Source of the DNA: Gekko japonicus
Taxonomy: Eukaryota
Length of the DNA: 64,000 nt
NCBI RefSeq assembly: GCF_001447785.1
Contig: NW_015166417.1
Location: 1,920,167 to 1,984,166, forward strand
Reading direction: 5' to 3'
Shown piece by piece: positions 50,567 through 63,956 of the stretch (its first letter is position 1; each line of letters starts with the position of its first letter). The position numbers and the translations under genes are program-made. The notes beneath the pieces were generated by a model. The model was given only the letters and a program-made list of their open reading frames with translations, was not told where the DNA came from and did no database searches.

Positions 50567-50942
50567 GTGTCTGAGGAAGTGTGTGTGCACACAAAAGCTC
50601 ATACCTTGAATAAGAGTTGGGGTGCTTTCCCACAAGCGCTGCTCCACGCTCACTCCTCTTTTTTGCCCCGATGGTACATGTCAATTTCACACAAGCTGCT
50701 GCGCGGCGGCATTTTGCCCCGCAGCTTTGCGCGATTTCCCCCGCGTCTACTCAGTCCTGTTTTTTTGAGGATCGAGTAGATGCAGGGGGAATCGTGTGAA
50801 GCTGCGGGGCAAAATGCGGCCGTGCAGCAGCTTGTGTGAAATTGACACGTACCATCGGGGCAAAAGGGAGGAGTGAGCGCGGAGCCACTGGACTCAAATT
50901 TGTTCTACTGCTTCAGACCAACACGGCTACGCACCTGGATCT
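50567..50942 (+). mobile_element. Penelope-like terminal fragment split by a palindromic MITE (50619-50885)
   Basis: Homologous to 61040-61185; degenerate hammerhead core at 50567-50604. Confidence 0.68.
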
Positions 50943-51042
50943 AAGTTAAATTAAGACATTGCTAGTTTAGGATTGCATACTACAAGTGTTAACTGACAAC
51001 TCTGTTAACAGAATCATATATTCATCAGAGTAGAGATACATG

Positions 51043-51220
51043 CAGGCTCGTAGCTGCAGTGGGGCATCTCGGGGCCTGGCCTCCTGACTTACCACCAAGG
51101 CCCCCTGACTTTCCATGCAGCCCAGACGCTCCCTTGGGGGGAGGTGCGGGTGTGTGTGTGGGGGTGCCCCCTGACTTATTTAAAGGCCCCCCAAATTAAA
51201 AAACCCTGGCTGCAGGCCTG
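51043..51220. mobile_element. hAT MITE
   Basis: CAGGC...GCCTG termini; perfect TSD GATACATG at 51035-51042 and 51221-51228. Confidence 0.82.
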
Positions 51221-51237
51221 GATACATGCAAGAGATA

Positions 51238-51470
51238 TATTTATTTATTTATTTTTATTTATTTATATTTACATTTATATCCCGCCCTACCCCGAAGGCT
51301 CAGGGCGGCTAACAGGGGCACAATGTGCCAGGTTAAAACAATAACATATAATTTAAAAACAATAAATTACAATAAAATATATAACAAATTACAGCAAATT
51401 TCAACGCCAGGGCATAGGGGGTACAGGTGAAATAGTGGTGGCGGCGGCTCCTACTCAAAGGCCTGGCATA
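51238..51470 (-). mobile_element. L2-type 3' end
   Basis: LYARPL/AF-type end; GCCGCCCTGAGCCTTCGGG..GGGCGGGATATAAAT followed by (TAAA)n on the - strand. Confidence 0.7.
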
Positions 51471-52973
51471 TAGAGGTATATAGCTCGTGACGTTCCTATG
51501 CAAAATGCAAAAGTATACAGTGCACTGACCATTCACTGATGGCTATAACTGGTGGTAACAAACAACTGGTTCGTTATGGGAAGACATTTAACTGTAGAGG
51601 CTAAGATCTGTTAAGCTCCTTGTTAAAATGGAGGAGAGGGGGAAGATATAAGACACTTTGGGTCCCTATTGGAGAGAAAGGCAGGGTATAAATGAAGCAA
51701 AATAAATAAATCAAACAAATGTATTGTTACGTTCTAATTCTGCAGCTTCCCATTGTTCCTCTGTTGAAGAATAGTGAGCCTCCGGTCAAATTAGACATTA
51801 AAAAGGCCAAAGTCAGAATCCTGTGGCAAAAGATTTCCATCTGCTAGGATAGTCAGCTGACACTCACCAAAGGGAGATTCCAGTGCAAAACAAGAATTTA
51901 TTGACAGGCTTGATAGTATTGATTCTTAGCCTTCACAAGTGTTAAGCAGCTTACCATAACTAAGCAGCTATGCTTATTGTGTTTGCTTTTGTGTTTTGCA
52001 TTAAAAACATGACTGATATCTCCTGTATTTCATAGCCATTTAACCGTTGTTCACAACTCCGCTCCCACCCTATATATAATTCTGCAGACTCAGACTTCGC
52101 TTCATGCATTTGACAAAGTAAACTCTAGCCCCTGAAAAGCTTACACTTCAATAAAACTGATACTCTTTGAGATGCCCCAAGATTCTGTTTTTGTTTCAAT
52201 GTAGGGTTGTTATCCTGATGTACCTGTCTGCTGCCTGCATGAACAAGAGATTCCAAAGCATTTCAGACACACCCCTTTGGGCCGCTCATTGGTCTAGGGA
52301 CATGTAAACTTTCTCCATGACAGATAACTGCTCTTCTACTGTTTATACATGATCTATTAGCACAGCATGAAAGGAAGACCAGTCAGGAGCTTTTAATCTT
52401 ATCAGGGATTGCCATGTCTCTTTCCATTCTGATTCAACCTCTTATTATGTAAGCAACTCAGAGGGTCCTTAGACAAGGTAGATGATCCTGTAAACAGACA
52501 CTCATTTTGTTATTCTGGAACTGTAATCCCAAACTGCTTGTAGCAATACTTTCCTTCTACCCTGCAGCTCATTCAGAGTGAAAGCATCGCACGATCATAT
52601 TACACATTAGTCTTCACATAGACTGCCCAAAGACTGACATAATGGATTTAAGGTGGCTTTGTTGATAGGTAGACTACAGATTGTGTCACTGGTATACAGA
52701 CTGTGTCACTTACATTCTTAGGTATAGACAGAAATTGTCATGCAATGGACTGAGTGCTAGACTTTGGCCTGCATAGCCCTGAGTTCAAAATCCTTGCTTG
52801 ATGAATCATTTTCTCTCACCTAAGCAGTAGTACAGAACCTTTATTAGGCATATGGTACAGCTCTCACCTAAGCTACCCAACAGGGTTACTGTGAAGATAA
52901 ACAAGGGGAGGATGGAAACCTAGGAATAACAGTTGAGATATCTGGAAGAAGGGCAGGATATAAATATAATAGA

Positions 52974-53460
52974 CAAGGGGTGGACCCGCGATACTCGCGG
53001 GGGGGGGAGGCAGAGGAGGAAGCAGGAGAAGGAGGTAAGTACCCCCCCATCCCGCCGGTTCCCCCGTCTCCTCCACCCCCTTGATCTCCCCCCATTGCCT
53101 CTCCCCCCCGGCTCCTCGCTCCTCTCTCTCCCCCCCATCCCGGCACCGAAGCGAGGGCCGAGCGGTTTGCCGCTTGGCCCTCGCTGCTCTCCTCCCCACC
53201 CCAGCTCCAAAGCGAGCTCTCTCCCCCCCCCACGGCGCCGCCGCCGAGGGTGTTTGCAGAGCATTCCCTGTGCATGCGCAGGGGACGCTCTGTCAGTTTC
53301 GGGGGGATTTAAGTATCCCCCGACATTTTTTAAAGAGTTTCAGATTTTTGTGCACACCTGGGGACCGTCCCAAGTGTGCACAAAAATCTCCCTGCCCCCC
53401 AGGTGCCCCCGATTTAGATATCCGCACGCCAGGGGGCACCTTCACTATTAGATATATAGA
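52974..53460 (-). mobile_element. Non-autonomous Helitron
   Basis: On the - strand: 5'-TC start, 3' GC hairpin (52985-53001), then CTTG (CTRR-like). Inserted between A and T with no TSD. Confidence 0.72.
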
Positions 53461-54104
53461 TACATCCTGGCTAAAGCTAGACACTTCCAAGTAGTGGGTT
53501 CTTTTCACCTGCTTTCCAGGCTACTACCACCAATGTGTTTCTTTCTGAAATATTTATACCCCACCTTTCCCATGTGGGCTCAAGCTGGTTTACCTGATTT
53601 CATTAAGAACCATCATCTGATAATATAAGGCCACAACCACAAAACATGCTAAAAATAAGTAAATCATGGCCAGTGGTGTTTCCTTCCCTAATAGCCCAGA
53701 CAGAGTAAAATATAATCTGTTCTATGTGATGTGATGTTGAAGAATCACGTTCATGTTGACACTTTCCCATAAGTGAATGAGTAGTTATCATTGTTGGTAT
53801 GTAAATTTTGTAATACTCATGTGATAGATTTATAACCAGGAATGGAGTTCTTCTTTCTTTTTCTTTTACACACATACAATGCAACATTGGCATTTGGTTT
53901 TGTGAGCGTATATGAATCCACGGGCAACTAACAGGATTGTTTGGCTATGCAAAGCTTAATTAAAAGTAATGACTTAAATTTGTAAGTAATCACATGTTGA
54001 AATAATTATCTGCATAATGAAACTGTACCAATGTTTTAATTACATTACTTGCTGGTGACACCTTTAGGCCTCAATGGTTAAGGATAATTTAAGGTGGGAA
54101 CACT

Positions 54105-54292
54105 CGTGAAACTGCCTTGTACTAAATCAGACCATCTGTCCATCAAGTTTAGTATTGTCCACTCAGACTGGCAGTGGCTCTCCAGACTCTCACCAACTGC
54201 ATGGTCCTTTCAAGTGGAGATGTCGGGGATTGAACCCAGGACCTTCTGCATGCAAAACCGATGGTCTACCACTGAGCCATGGCCCCTCCCCT
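54105..54292 (-). mobile_element. Squam2-type tRNA SINE
   Basis: The - strand has TGGCTCAGTGGTAGA..GCATGCAGAAGGTCCTGGGTTCAATCCCCG plus a CR1-like tail. Confidence 0.75.
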
Positions 54293-55929
54293 CAGGGATA
54301 CTGAAGACACTGCATTATAAAAACATGGGATACCACTTGTAGGGGATGGAGCAGCCCTCATTTAAGCCATGCACCTCAGGGACTTGTTCAGGTAGCCACG
54401 ATGAGGAATGGTCCCTGCCAACTACTGACTGGAGATGCTTGACTCTTTAAGGAACCTCTGTTTGTCAACCAGCTGTTTGGCAGCAGAGTATTGGGAACAG
54501 GAGGGTGGGAGCCAGGCAAAATCTAGGAAGCAGGCACCAGCTTCAGTGGTGCCTTCTTAAGAGAGGAAGGAATAGGGCCAAGGAAAATATGGCAGCTCTG
54601 GCTCCAGGCCGGAGTAGCGGAGTCAGGGAAAGAAGGATCTGTGTGCCCCAGAAATTCCTCTTTGGGAGAGGGTCTGTCATGGGGGGCCAGAGGGTGGCCT
54701 CTAAAAACCAATTCACACATAGATTTCCCTATTGTTACAGTATATTATAATTTCTAGCTTTAGCATATCTCAGAATGTGAAGACTGCCAGTTCTCGGCGT
54801 GGGGGGGGGATCCTGAATTCACTTTAAATAAGGGGAAATGTGCATTTGGGGCCTCCCCCAGTCATTTTGGCTTGGGAAAATGGTTCAGGAGGGAAGGCTG
54901 ACCCTTCTTCCTTTGTGCTGCACTTGTGAGTAGAAGCAGGCTCTGCAGTGCTACTTTCCAGATATTACATGTATTCTGACCTGACATGGGTCACATATAA
55001 CATTTAGTTATATGTGTAATTGTAATTCTGAGAGAACTCCCCAAGCCCTACCTGGTAACCTTTAACAAAGGGCAATAATGAAAGAATGCTAAGGCTGTAC
55101 TGTGAGATTAAAACCTGTAACTTAATCTTATATTTATTATTCTGAAGCAAATAGTGACAATGGAACTGTGCAATTCTCAGTCAAAAGCTAAACATCTCAG
55201 TTCAATATTCCTAAAATATCCAGAATTGTATTATGTTAAAAAAAACAAATTATTAAAGCAAAAAGAGCAAGTGAGCTCAATTTAATTTTTACAAATCTTC
55301 CAAAATGTTGGAGTTCTGTATATAGTGTTTTTTTTTCTGAAGTAGCAGTGTTGGAAGCTGTGAGTCATAGGTTAGTATCAACTCCCTGAGATTATCATAA
55401 TGATATCATTCTGACAAACATTTTGAGTTCTCCAAGTAATATTGAAACAGTAATGTTGTTCCCATTACTGTAAAGATAAATAACAATGCATCCAAATAAA
55501 TCCTGCAAATTTACCTTCTTAAAAAATCTGTAAAATGATAAGAAAAAAATATATAAAATGAAGTGGGCTTTGAATATTTGGAAAGTTCAAGTTGTGTGAA
55601 TAATTTTTCAATAAGAGTTTTATCTGAACATTAAAAAGTGAATCAAAATATTTTTATTTGGAGAAAGAACCCCACCCCCCAATCACTTCAAGACAGACTA
55701 TTACCCATCAGCACTGAATTTTATGACAAGGCTTGAAGATTCTTCCTTCAACAAAGATTTTTATTTTTGGATTATATATCAAGAATACCTCTGAGAATCT
55801 CCTTGATTTTTAAATCCCAACAATTTCACACTCCCATGATACTCTAAACCCCTCAGGTAAAAAAAACAAAACTAAACTTGTGATTGACTGAAGCGGTGAA
55901 CTATGCCTGTAGAATAATGCAAGCCACAT

Positions 55930-57130
55930 TAACGGGTTGCAACACAAGCAGCGCAGGTACTCGTTTCACAAATACATGCTCCGTTGCTATAAACTCCACA
56001 CGAACCGCTTCGAAGCAGGAACACAAGCAATACGTGTAAAACACTGAGTGTCACAGGTCGGTCAGTCTGTGTAAAGCTGTATCTCTCCTCGCCACCCCCA
56101 CCCCCACCCCCCGCTTCCGCTCGTTGACTCCAGGCAGCTCCCTTGTCCATTTGAATGTCATGCCCCCTTTTTCTCCCCTTTGACTTCTAGCTTGATCCTG
56201 CAAAGGGAGGAGGGAAAGCCAAAGGCCGAGTCCCTCTGCCTGGCTCGCCCGGCAATCCTGCTGAGCCCCTTTCAGCTAATTGGTCCCAGATGGTTTTTGC
56301 CTCCTTTCCAAGCAACAGGAACTTGGGTCAGTCACGGGAAGGGGGGGGGGGAGGTTGCAAACAGAGAGAGAGAAAAAGAAAAAGGAAGGGCTTGCCACAG
56401 TGGGTCAGGCGCGCCCAATAGGGTCTCGGGTCGAGCCTAGGCGGGCTCTAAGCCCAGCCCAGCCCAACCCAGACCAGCCCTTCAGACCAGACACACCCGC
56501 GTGAGCTCGGCTGCTCTGGGAAGGCGGCCTGAGGGAGAAATGCGGAAGGCGGGGACTGCTGCCGCCTGCTTCCAATGAGCTCATCCTGCCTGCTTTGCCT
56601 GGCTGGCGCTGCGAGGAGAGTCCCGCTCGGGACACACACCGAGAGACCCTGAAGGCGCCCTGAAGGCGCCGGACTCCCAGCGACGGCGGGTAAGTGCCCG
56701 CTCTCCGGGGAGGAGGAGGTGGTCGCGCTGGCACCCCGCCCGGCTGTCTTGCGCGTGGGCGCTCACAAGGGGACTTCGCCCCGCTTTCTTCCCTGGGTGG
56801 AAACAAAGTGTGAGCCGAAGTTTCTGCCTGGGGAATGTGCATGGGCATGTCTGCCTCCCTCGGCGCGCTGCACAGTTTCTCCTCAGCAGCGCGCCCGTGG
56901 CTGGGTGGGTGGGACCCCCGCTGGGCGCAAAGAGGAGTGCCCGGGGGCGTTTGCTAGGGGGGAAGGTCGCTCTGGGGCCGAATGCCCTCGGGAGGGGGGC
57001 GGGGGGAGCTTCCCGGGGCCTGCGAGAGGTGTGGGGTAAGGAGTGTTTGCAGTCATGTCTGCCCCCTCCCCGGGAGCCAGGAGGAGTGAGACTGTCTGGA
57101 ATATATACGTTGCAGCCAGGGGGTGTTGCA
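55930..57130 (+). promoter_or_regulatory. TANC1: CpG-island promoter of the downstream gene, probably TANC1
   Basis: Non-repetitive CpG-dense block with CCAAT (about 56416) and GC boxes. Gene identity comes only from human synteny (DAPL1 followed by TANC1 on the same strand). Confidence 0.6.
56480..56689 (+). other. TANC1: Non-coding first exon; start approximate
   Basis: Consensus donor CGG|GTAAGT at 56689/56690 inside the CpG island. No TANC1 coding sequence was recognised in the window. Confidence 0.55.
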
Positions 57131-58924
57131 TTGCATTGAGTGACCTTAGAAAATGGGTCCGCTGCTTGGGGTGGGGGTGGAGGTGGAGGAAGGCTGGGGT
57201 CAGACTGGAGCTTCTGAGGCTGGTCAGAGTCCTAAAAGATGCCTGCGAGGATCTGAGGGGAATTAATGGATATGTGGTGTTCAGTGTGCCTTTGGCACTC
57301 AGAGATGGAAACCTTCTGAGGGTCGTCTCAGATGTTTCCGAATAGACATTTGTGTATAGAGAGAAAATCGTGTATGATTATGTGACCCATACTTTTAATA
57401 CTTGACACATAAGTATTTGGCACTTGTTTTTTTGCATATAAATGGCATCAGTGGGAGTCTAGTGTTGTCTGCGGGCTCCCAGGGAGAACAGAAGCGTGGT
57501 TTAATTCTAACGAGTAAATTTTCATTCTAACGGAACACTGAAATTTGGAAACCGTTTGCAGAGGGCCTCTGAGCATGTGGAATGTATTTACCTCCACATG
57601 GAGTAACAGCAAAAGCATCTGGGATTAGGTAAGAGGAAGAAAGTGTAATTTCCTGCCAGGTTTATGCCCTGCAGTTTTCTCTTTGGAAATAAACATTGGT
57701 GGTGGTGGCTTGGCCTGTGTTTTCCCACCTTTTGAGAGGAAGTAGTCAACATACTTGGAGGAACCAAAGCTTGTTGATGCCATCAAGAGATTACACCTAG
57801 AGGACCAGAGAAGGAAATGTCACATGTAAATGCTATTTCCCAATGGCAATGTTCTAGAACAAGACAAATTATTTTGGCAGTTAGGGATTTGGTGAGGGGT
57901 GACAGGTGCATTAGAGTCTTTCTCCAGCTAAATGCGAATGTTTGTTGGCATTAAAGGAACCTGATCAAAACACAATGGATTTCTTTTGGTGCCCCCCCCC
58001 CACTCGAGGACACCAGGTTTGTTTTGTTTTTGTGAGGAATCTGATGTGGGAGGTTAAAAAGGCTACAGAGTTAGATGGCATGTTCCTGCCTTGGATGGCT
58101 TGGCTCTTAACAGTTAGAAAGGTTGAGTGTGATAGAGGAACTGCCCAGAAAAGGGTGGGGAAATGTTATGGGACAGTATGTGAAGGAATATTCAAGATTA
58201 GTCACTTTCTCAGGTAATTACTGCTTTAAAATTAGAGCTCTGAGCTAGGAAGTGATCCAGAGTTATTTCTTTCTTCTGTGTTGCACATTCCTTTTTCCCT
58301 TGTCCTACACATGGAACAGCTCATTTGCTTGACTTATTGGGGTGTGCTCTTTTGAAAAGTGGAGTTCCAGTATCTCTCCATTCTCTCCCTTTGCTTATTC
58401 TTGTTTTCTGCTTGTGGCATGCAGTTTGGACATGCAGTTATTTTGAGTTAGGTGCTTCCAAATCAGTCCCTATGATTCTTCTGGGCCTGGTCTGACCTGT
58501 GCTTATTTCTCTCATGCTACTCAATAGTGATTGGTGAAAATCTATGTGATAGGTTTACACTTTTTTGCAAGCTACTTTGATCCTTTTTAAAAAAAATGAT
58601 AACAGCATATCCTTTGTATCTGCTAGAAGAAGAGGGACAGACAGCCTTACCACAGAAGGTTTATATCCTAACAGTTTTTTAAAAGTACCAACATAGCCTG
58701 GGCATAAGCATAACAATAGTGTATCAGAAGTAATCAGCAATTTGTAAGGTGAGTATTTTCTCTGTCTTGAAGATGGCATAGTTCAGTGTGCCACTTCCTA
58801 TCAATCCAATTATATATATTTTTTTTGACGGGGTTGAGATGTGGGAGAATGAAGTGGTAGAATGCATCGGGTCAATTTGTTGAGTACAAGTGGAAGATTA
58901 TACTTTGGAATTTTCCCCTTGCAA

Positions 58925-59356
58925 GGCCCCGTCCATACGAGCCCATTTGGGCCGGGAGCGGGACGGAACCGGGGCGGAGCAAACAGGCGCGATCTCACCT
59001 CAACATCTGGCGAGCGTGCCGTCTCCGTCCCCGATCCGTTCCAACGGCCCATACCGCGCCGCAAAAAACAACCACCTCTCTAGGTGGGTGCAACCACTGC
59101 TGCGGCGCAGGCAGGGCTGTGGGATCGGCGGCGCGTCCTTGCGCCGCCGCATCCCGGCCCCCAGCCGTACTGCGCATGCCCGAGCATGCGCAGTTCGGCA
59201 GCCTCCCCCCTCCCCTCGGACTTTTCCTCCCCGGCATCTGAGCGTGCCAGGGAGTGCTGCGCCGCGGCTAGGGGATCCGTGGGATCCCGCCGCGGCGTAG
59301 CAAGTTTGGAGCGGCTCGGAGTAGCCGCGTTTCAGCCGGCCCGTATGCCCGGGGCC
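58925..59356. mobile_element. CpG-rich MITE, probably PIF/Harbinger type
   Basis: TIR GGCCCCG..CATACG / CGTATG..CGGGGCC; 3-bp TSD CAA. Confidence 0.75.
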
Positions 59357-61039
59357 CAAGAAGACTATCAGCAAACAAAGAAAGGGGGTAGAATATTCTC
59401 CATTTGTATAGATTTTTATTACTTTTTTACATGAAGGAACATTCAGAACTGTGAATCCCATATTTGTAGCCAGAAATGGTGCATTCCGCACTAGCACCCC
59501 AGTATTCTCCTACCTCTTTGTCCTGCATGTGTAAACAGGCCTAGTTCTTAATATATAACCAGTTGCTGCTGGTGCCATACCAGTCCTAACATTAACACAT
59601 GTAAAAGAATATGTTCCCATGGTATACAGATGGTGCTCTCTTACTGTTTTTTGTTAGGTGGAGTAACTGCTCTCCTCGTTGACGTCCTTTGGGTGGATAA
59701 CTGACAAATGAGCAGGAAATAATTGCATCTAGTGTTGGTGGCGCACTTATAGTTGTGAGGTTATTAGAGATGGGAAGAAGGGAGTTCTGATTGCTGCTGT
59801 TTTTCCCATTTCTTTTCTGCCATGTGGCAGAGGCTAAAATGGCACTTCAGGAATATACTTGGAAAGGAGACTTTTCTGCTTGGCAAAAGGTAGCGTGTTA
59901 CTGCTTTGCTAATGGGGCAGTTGACATTTCTTTCTAACTGCAGGGCTCTTTTGATTGCTAGGAGGCAAAGAATTTGCAAGTGCTAGGAAGGCGCTCATTA
60001 CAGTATTTTTAAATGTGACTTACCCATCCAGTCACAAAAGTCTTGTGAGTGGACTAGACGGTGAATGTCAATTGTTTGTGAAGTTTGTTTGTCAGGCAAA
60101 AACTCTTTGTGTGTCTTTTTTTAAAAATAAAAATAAAACCATGGCATAATAGCCAGCTTGTGGTAGAAAAGGAAATAAATACGGTATCTTATATCCTTCA
60201 GAATTTCCTCTGAAGTGTTGATTGCGGTTTTTGCTGCCAAATACAGAACTATTCTGAGACTTCCCTAATTGTTATGATTCGACTATCAGTAGTGGGAAAA
60301 AATGGGTGTCGTGATACTTATATACAGTTGTTATAATAAGAGAAAACAAATGGTAAAAAATGTGAAAATTGTTGTCAGTATGTCATGCAAGCCTATAGCT
60401 TTGGCAATACATTTGGAGCTTTACTTTGCTTGATGTTATAAACTGCCAGTTGTTCTGCTTTCTTGGTTTAGCTAACCACTGGAATGTCCAAATGATGATA
60501 AATTAGGTCCACTGCAGAGCCAAAGCATACTTGGTTCTTATCCAAACTTGCTAACTTCCCATAACTGCCTGTAGGAAAGAGACATTTTGTGTCCTTAGCT
60601 GGAGCCTTGTATAGCTGATGCCATGGCAACTCTGAATTGCAGGGCATCACTTTAAAGCCATCCAAGGAATCTTTACTGAACTGTATGGTTTTTAAGATGG
60701 GGTTTAATATTGTGCAAATGTCTCCTTCTAGATTATTTTATGGCAGTGAACCATTTACTAGCTGACACAGTCTAGGCTTGAAGTTTTAAAATGCTGCTTC
60801 ATACTCTGCTTATTGTATGTGTACAGCCTAGAGATGAACTGGTGTAGAGCTTAAAAACATGGTCAACTTCCCTAGACCTTCTGCAGGGAATTGTACGGGG
60901 AGGTGCAGAGTGACCAAGCCTTCTGTGTGAACAGCAAAAGTACAAGTCATTAGGTTTTTAAAACTTAAATTATTTCTAGCCATTCAGGAGGCTCTGAAGA
61001 CAATAGACACTTGCTAAATGATACAAACTCGCTAAAAAT

Positions 61040-61185
61040 AAATCAAGCTTTCATATGCACACACACTTCTTCATGCGTGCACAGGAAAACTCATACTTTG
61101 AATAAAACTTTGTTGGTCTTGAAAGGTGCGACTGGACTCAAACTTTGTTCTGCTGCTTCAGACCAACACGGCTACCCACCTGATT
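61040..61185 (+). mobile_element. Penelope-like terminal fragment
   Basis: Homologous to 50567-50942, with an inverted partial copy at its 5' side. Confidence 0.65.
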
Positions 61186-61905
61186 CTAAAAATCAATGAA
61201 ACCTACAATATAAAACGAGCAGCAGTAACAGCACAAAAAATAAAAGCAACAGTAACAAAAGTACAATGCAGCTGGTAAATCACGAATCAGTAATGTACAA
61301 AACCAACATGGTATATAAAATTAAAACAATACTCCCCCCCCATTAACAATATTCCTTTCAACTCAAGTTTGTTTCACCACCATCTGGAGATTTTATGTTA
61401 TGGAAAAAATCTCTTATAATCACTAGAACGTTTCTTCTGATTTTAATTCTAATTTTTCTGCCAGTTTGGCTACCAATGTTATCTTACATGGTATCGATAG
61501 AAGTTCCAAACCATGCCTATCCCATTGACCTTTTACGGTTGTGATTGATTTGTTATGCTTTTGATTTTGTTAACTTTTATGGTGTATGGCCTATATACTT
61601 TTAAACCTAATACACTGAAACTGATTTGTTATGGTCAAGTTGCATGCTGTATTTTTAAATGTTACTGCTACATATTTCAATGTTTCCCAGTTTTATATTG
61701 TTATGTTTTGGTTGTATAGTTGTACCTTTACTGTGGCTTGTTGTATTTATGTTTTGTTTATAATAAAAAAATTTTTTTAAAAAATTGTGTGTTTATGTAG
61801 AGCATGTATGTTGAGATGAGTATTGGGGAGGGTACTGCATGTCTCTGTTTGCTATGTAACAAGGCATCTCCTGCAGAATCTACTTAAGAGATGGCCAAGG
61901 TAACC

Positions 61906-62700
61906 ATTTATTTATTTATTCAGTTTGTAGCTCTCCCTCCCCTGAGCAACAGGATTCAGAGTGGGGAGCAACACTTCCAATGTAATACATTCACAGTCAA
62001 ATTAAAACAATGAAAACACCTTAAAATCAATAATAGTTTACAGATGGCACATACATGGTACACCACTTATGTCCTTACCCCGAGGGGGGAGAAGGAAGCA
62101 AAGCCAAGATACATGGATGGAGACCGTTGCTGTTCTCAACTGTAGGCCTGGCAGAACATCTCTGTCTTACATGCCCTGTGGAATTGCCATAAATCCCACA
62201 GGGCATGGATATCATGTGGCAGAGAGTTTTGCCAGGTTGGCGACAGGGCTGAAAAGGCCCTGGCTCCGGTTGAGGACAGCTGGATACTCTTCAGGCCAGG
62301 GATCACCAGTAAGTTCTTTTCTCCTGAGCATAATGCTCTTTGGGGGATATACCAGGAGAGGCGGTCCCGTAAATATGTTGGCCCCGGACCATTTAGGGCC
62401 TTAAAGGTTAATACCAAGACCGTGAATCTAATCCAATATTCAGCTTGGAGCCAGTTCAGTTGGAGGCGCATAGGTTGAATGTGGGTTGTTGATGAGGTTC
62501 CTGTAAGAACATGCGCTGCTGCAGTCTGGACCAGTTGTAGCTTCTGGGTCAGTATCAAGGGTAGCACTGTGTAGAATGAGTTACAGTAGTCTAGCCTGGA
62601 GGTGACCATTGCATGGATGACTGTGGCTAGGTCTGGGCAAGACAGAAAGGGAACCAGTTGTTTGAAGGACCAGTTGTCCAGCATAGCAGAAGGAATGCCA
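61906..62700 (-). mobile_element. L2-type LINE 3' fragment
   Basis: ORF 62136-62684 (DLATVIHAMVTSRLDYCNS...RAFSALSPTWQNSLP). Confidence 0.88.
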
Positions 62701-63956
62701 GTCTAGCAACATTTGTTGCAGGTGTAGTATTCTTACTCTCCTCCACCCTGGGGAATGAATGTGTGAGAACATCATGAATGTGTGCACACAGGAACATCTC
62801 TGGATCTGTTCCCTGCTCCTGTGATGTCAAATGGAGAAGACATGTTTTTCACAGCCTTCCTATGGACATATAGAGGCCTGCCAGGCTATTGAGCAGCATG
62901 CTGAGATATGGCCATCACACATTCTGGCTAAGGTGTGCCCTGAAAGGAGCTGTGCTTGCCTTTGGGGGGTGGGGGATATGGCAGTCTTGCTGTGACAAGC
63001 AGAAATCTGGCAGTCATATGACCGCTTAAATTGATCATAGCACATGATATGGATGGTTCCTATGGTCAGTGGTGCAAAGTTAGAAGTATGTCTAGGAGAA
63101 TTCCATATCAAATCTGTAATATAAAAAATAAGCCCTAAGTTTCTAGTCCTCATGGGAGTTGATGAATTGGCAAATTCTGGAAAAGTTGTTTTCCTGGTTG
63201 GTGGTAGCGTATGCTGACTTCTTACTGCTATGCAGTCTGCATTATGATGTTTTTCCATTTGATATTAACTATTCTTAAATATTATGTAGTGGCTGATCAT
63301 TGCCTTCTGTGTTGCTGCTGCTGATGGCTGAAATGAATATACATTTCAGATACTTTAAAAGTGAGTTCATATGTTTTCAGTCTTAGCCTTGGAGTTGAAC
63401 AAGTAGATCATGGCTGAACATGTGTCCTGTTATATAATTTTTTTAAAAATGCTGTTTAGCTATAATGGCATTTTAAATGTTAATGATCTGCCTGTCTGCC
63501 ATTCCAAGAAGATGTACACAGTTTGTAGGGTTGGAAGATTGAATTGGTTTAGTTGGTAGATTAATTGGCTACAACATTATTTGGTTAATTCTGTAAGGAA
63601 AAAAGGCAAGCTAATAAATGTTTTAAATAAATACTAAAGAAATTGATGGAAGACAAATGTTTAATAAGGCTGAGATTTAAGGTCACATTTGTTTTGAGTT
63701 ATTTTAATGTTGGTGTGTTGTGGACATAGAGAATGAAAAATAAAAAGTTACAGGCCTTTTCCTCTTGCAACATGGGGGTTGCTTCTGCTTGTTAGTTCTT
63801 GCATTTCATTATCTCAAACACCTGTACTGAAGGCTTGGTAATGTGCCGTGCTGTTTAAATAAAGGTAGGTGATTACTTGATTAAAATTTTGATTGACGGG
63901 TTTACAGTGTAATCCTAAACAGAATTATACCCTTAGTTCCTTGACTTCAGTGGACG

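Noticed and set aside
56405-57345. Several ORFs over the CpG island
   Set aside because: Typical GC-rich spurious ORFs; none resembles the TANC1 N-terminus.
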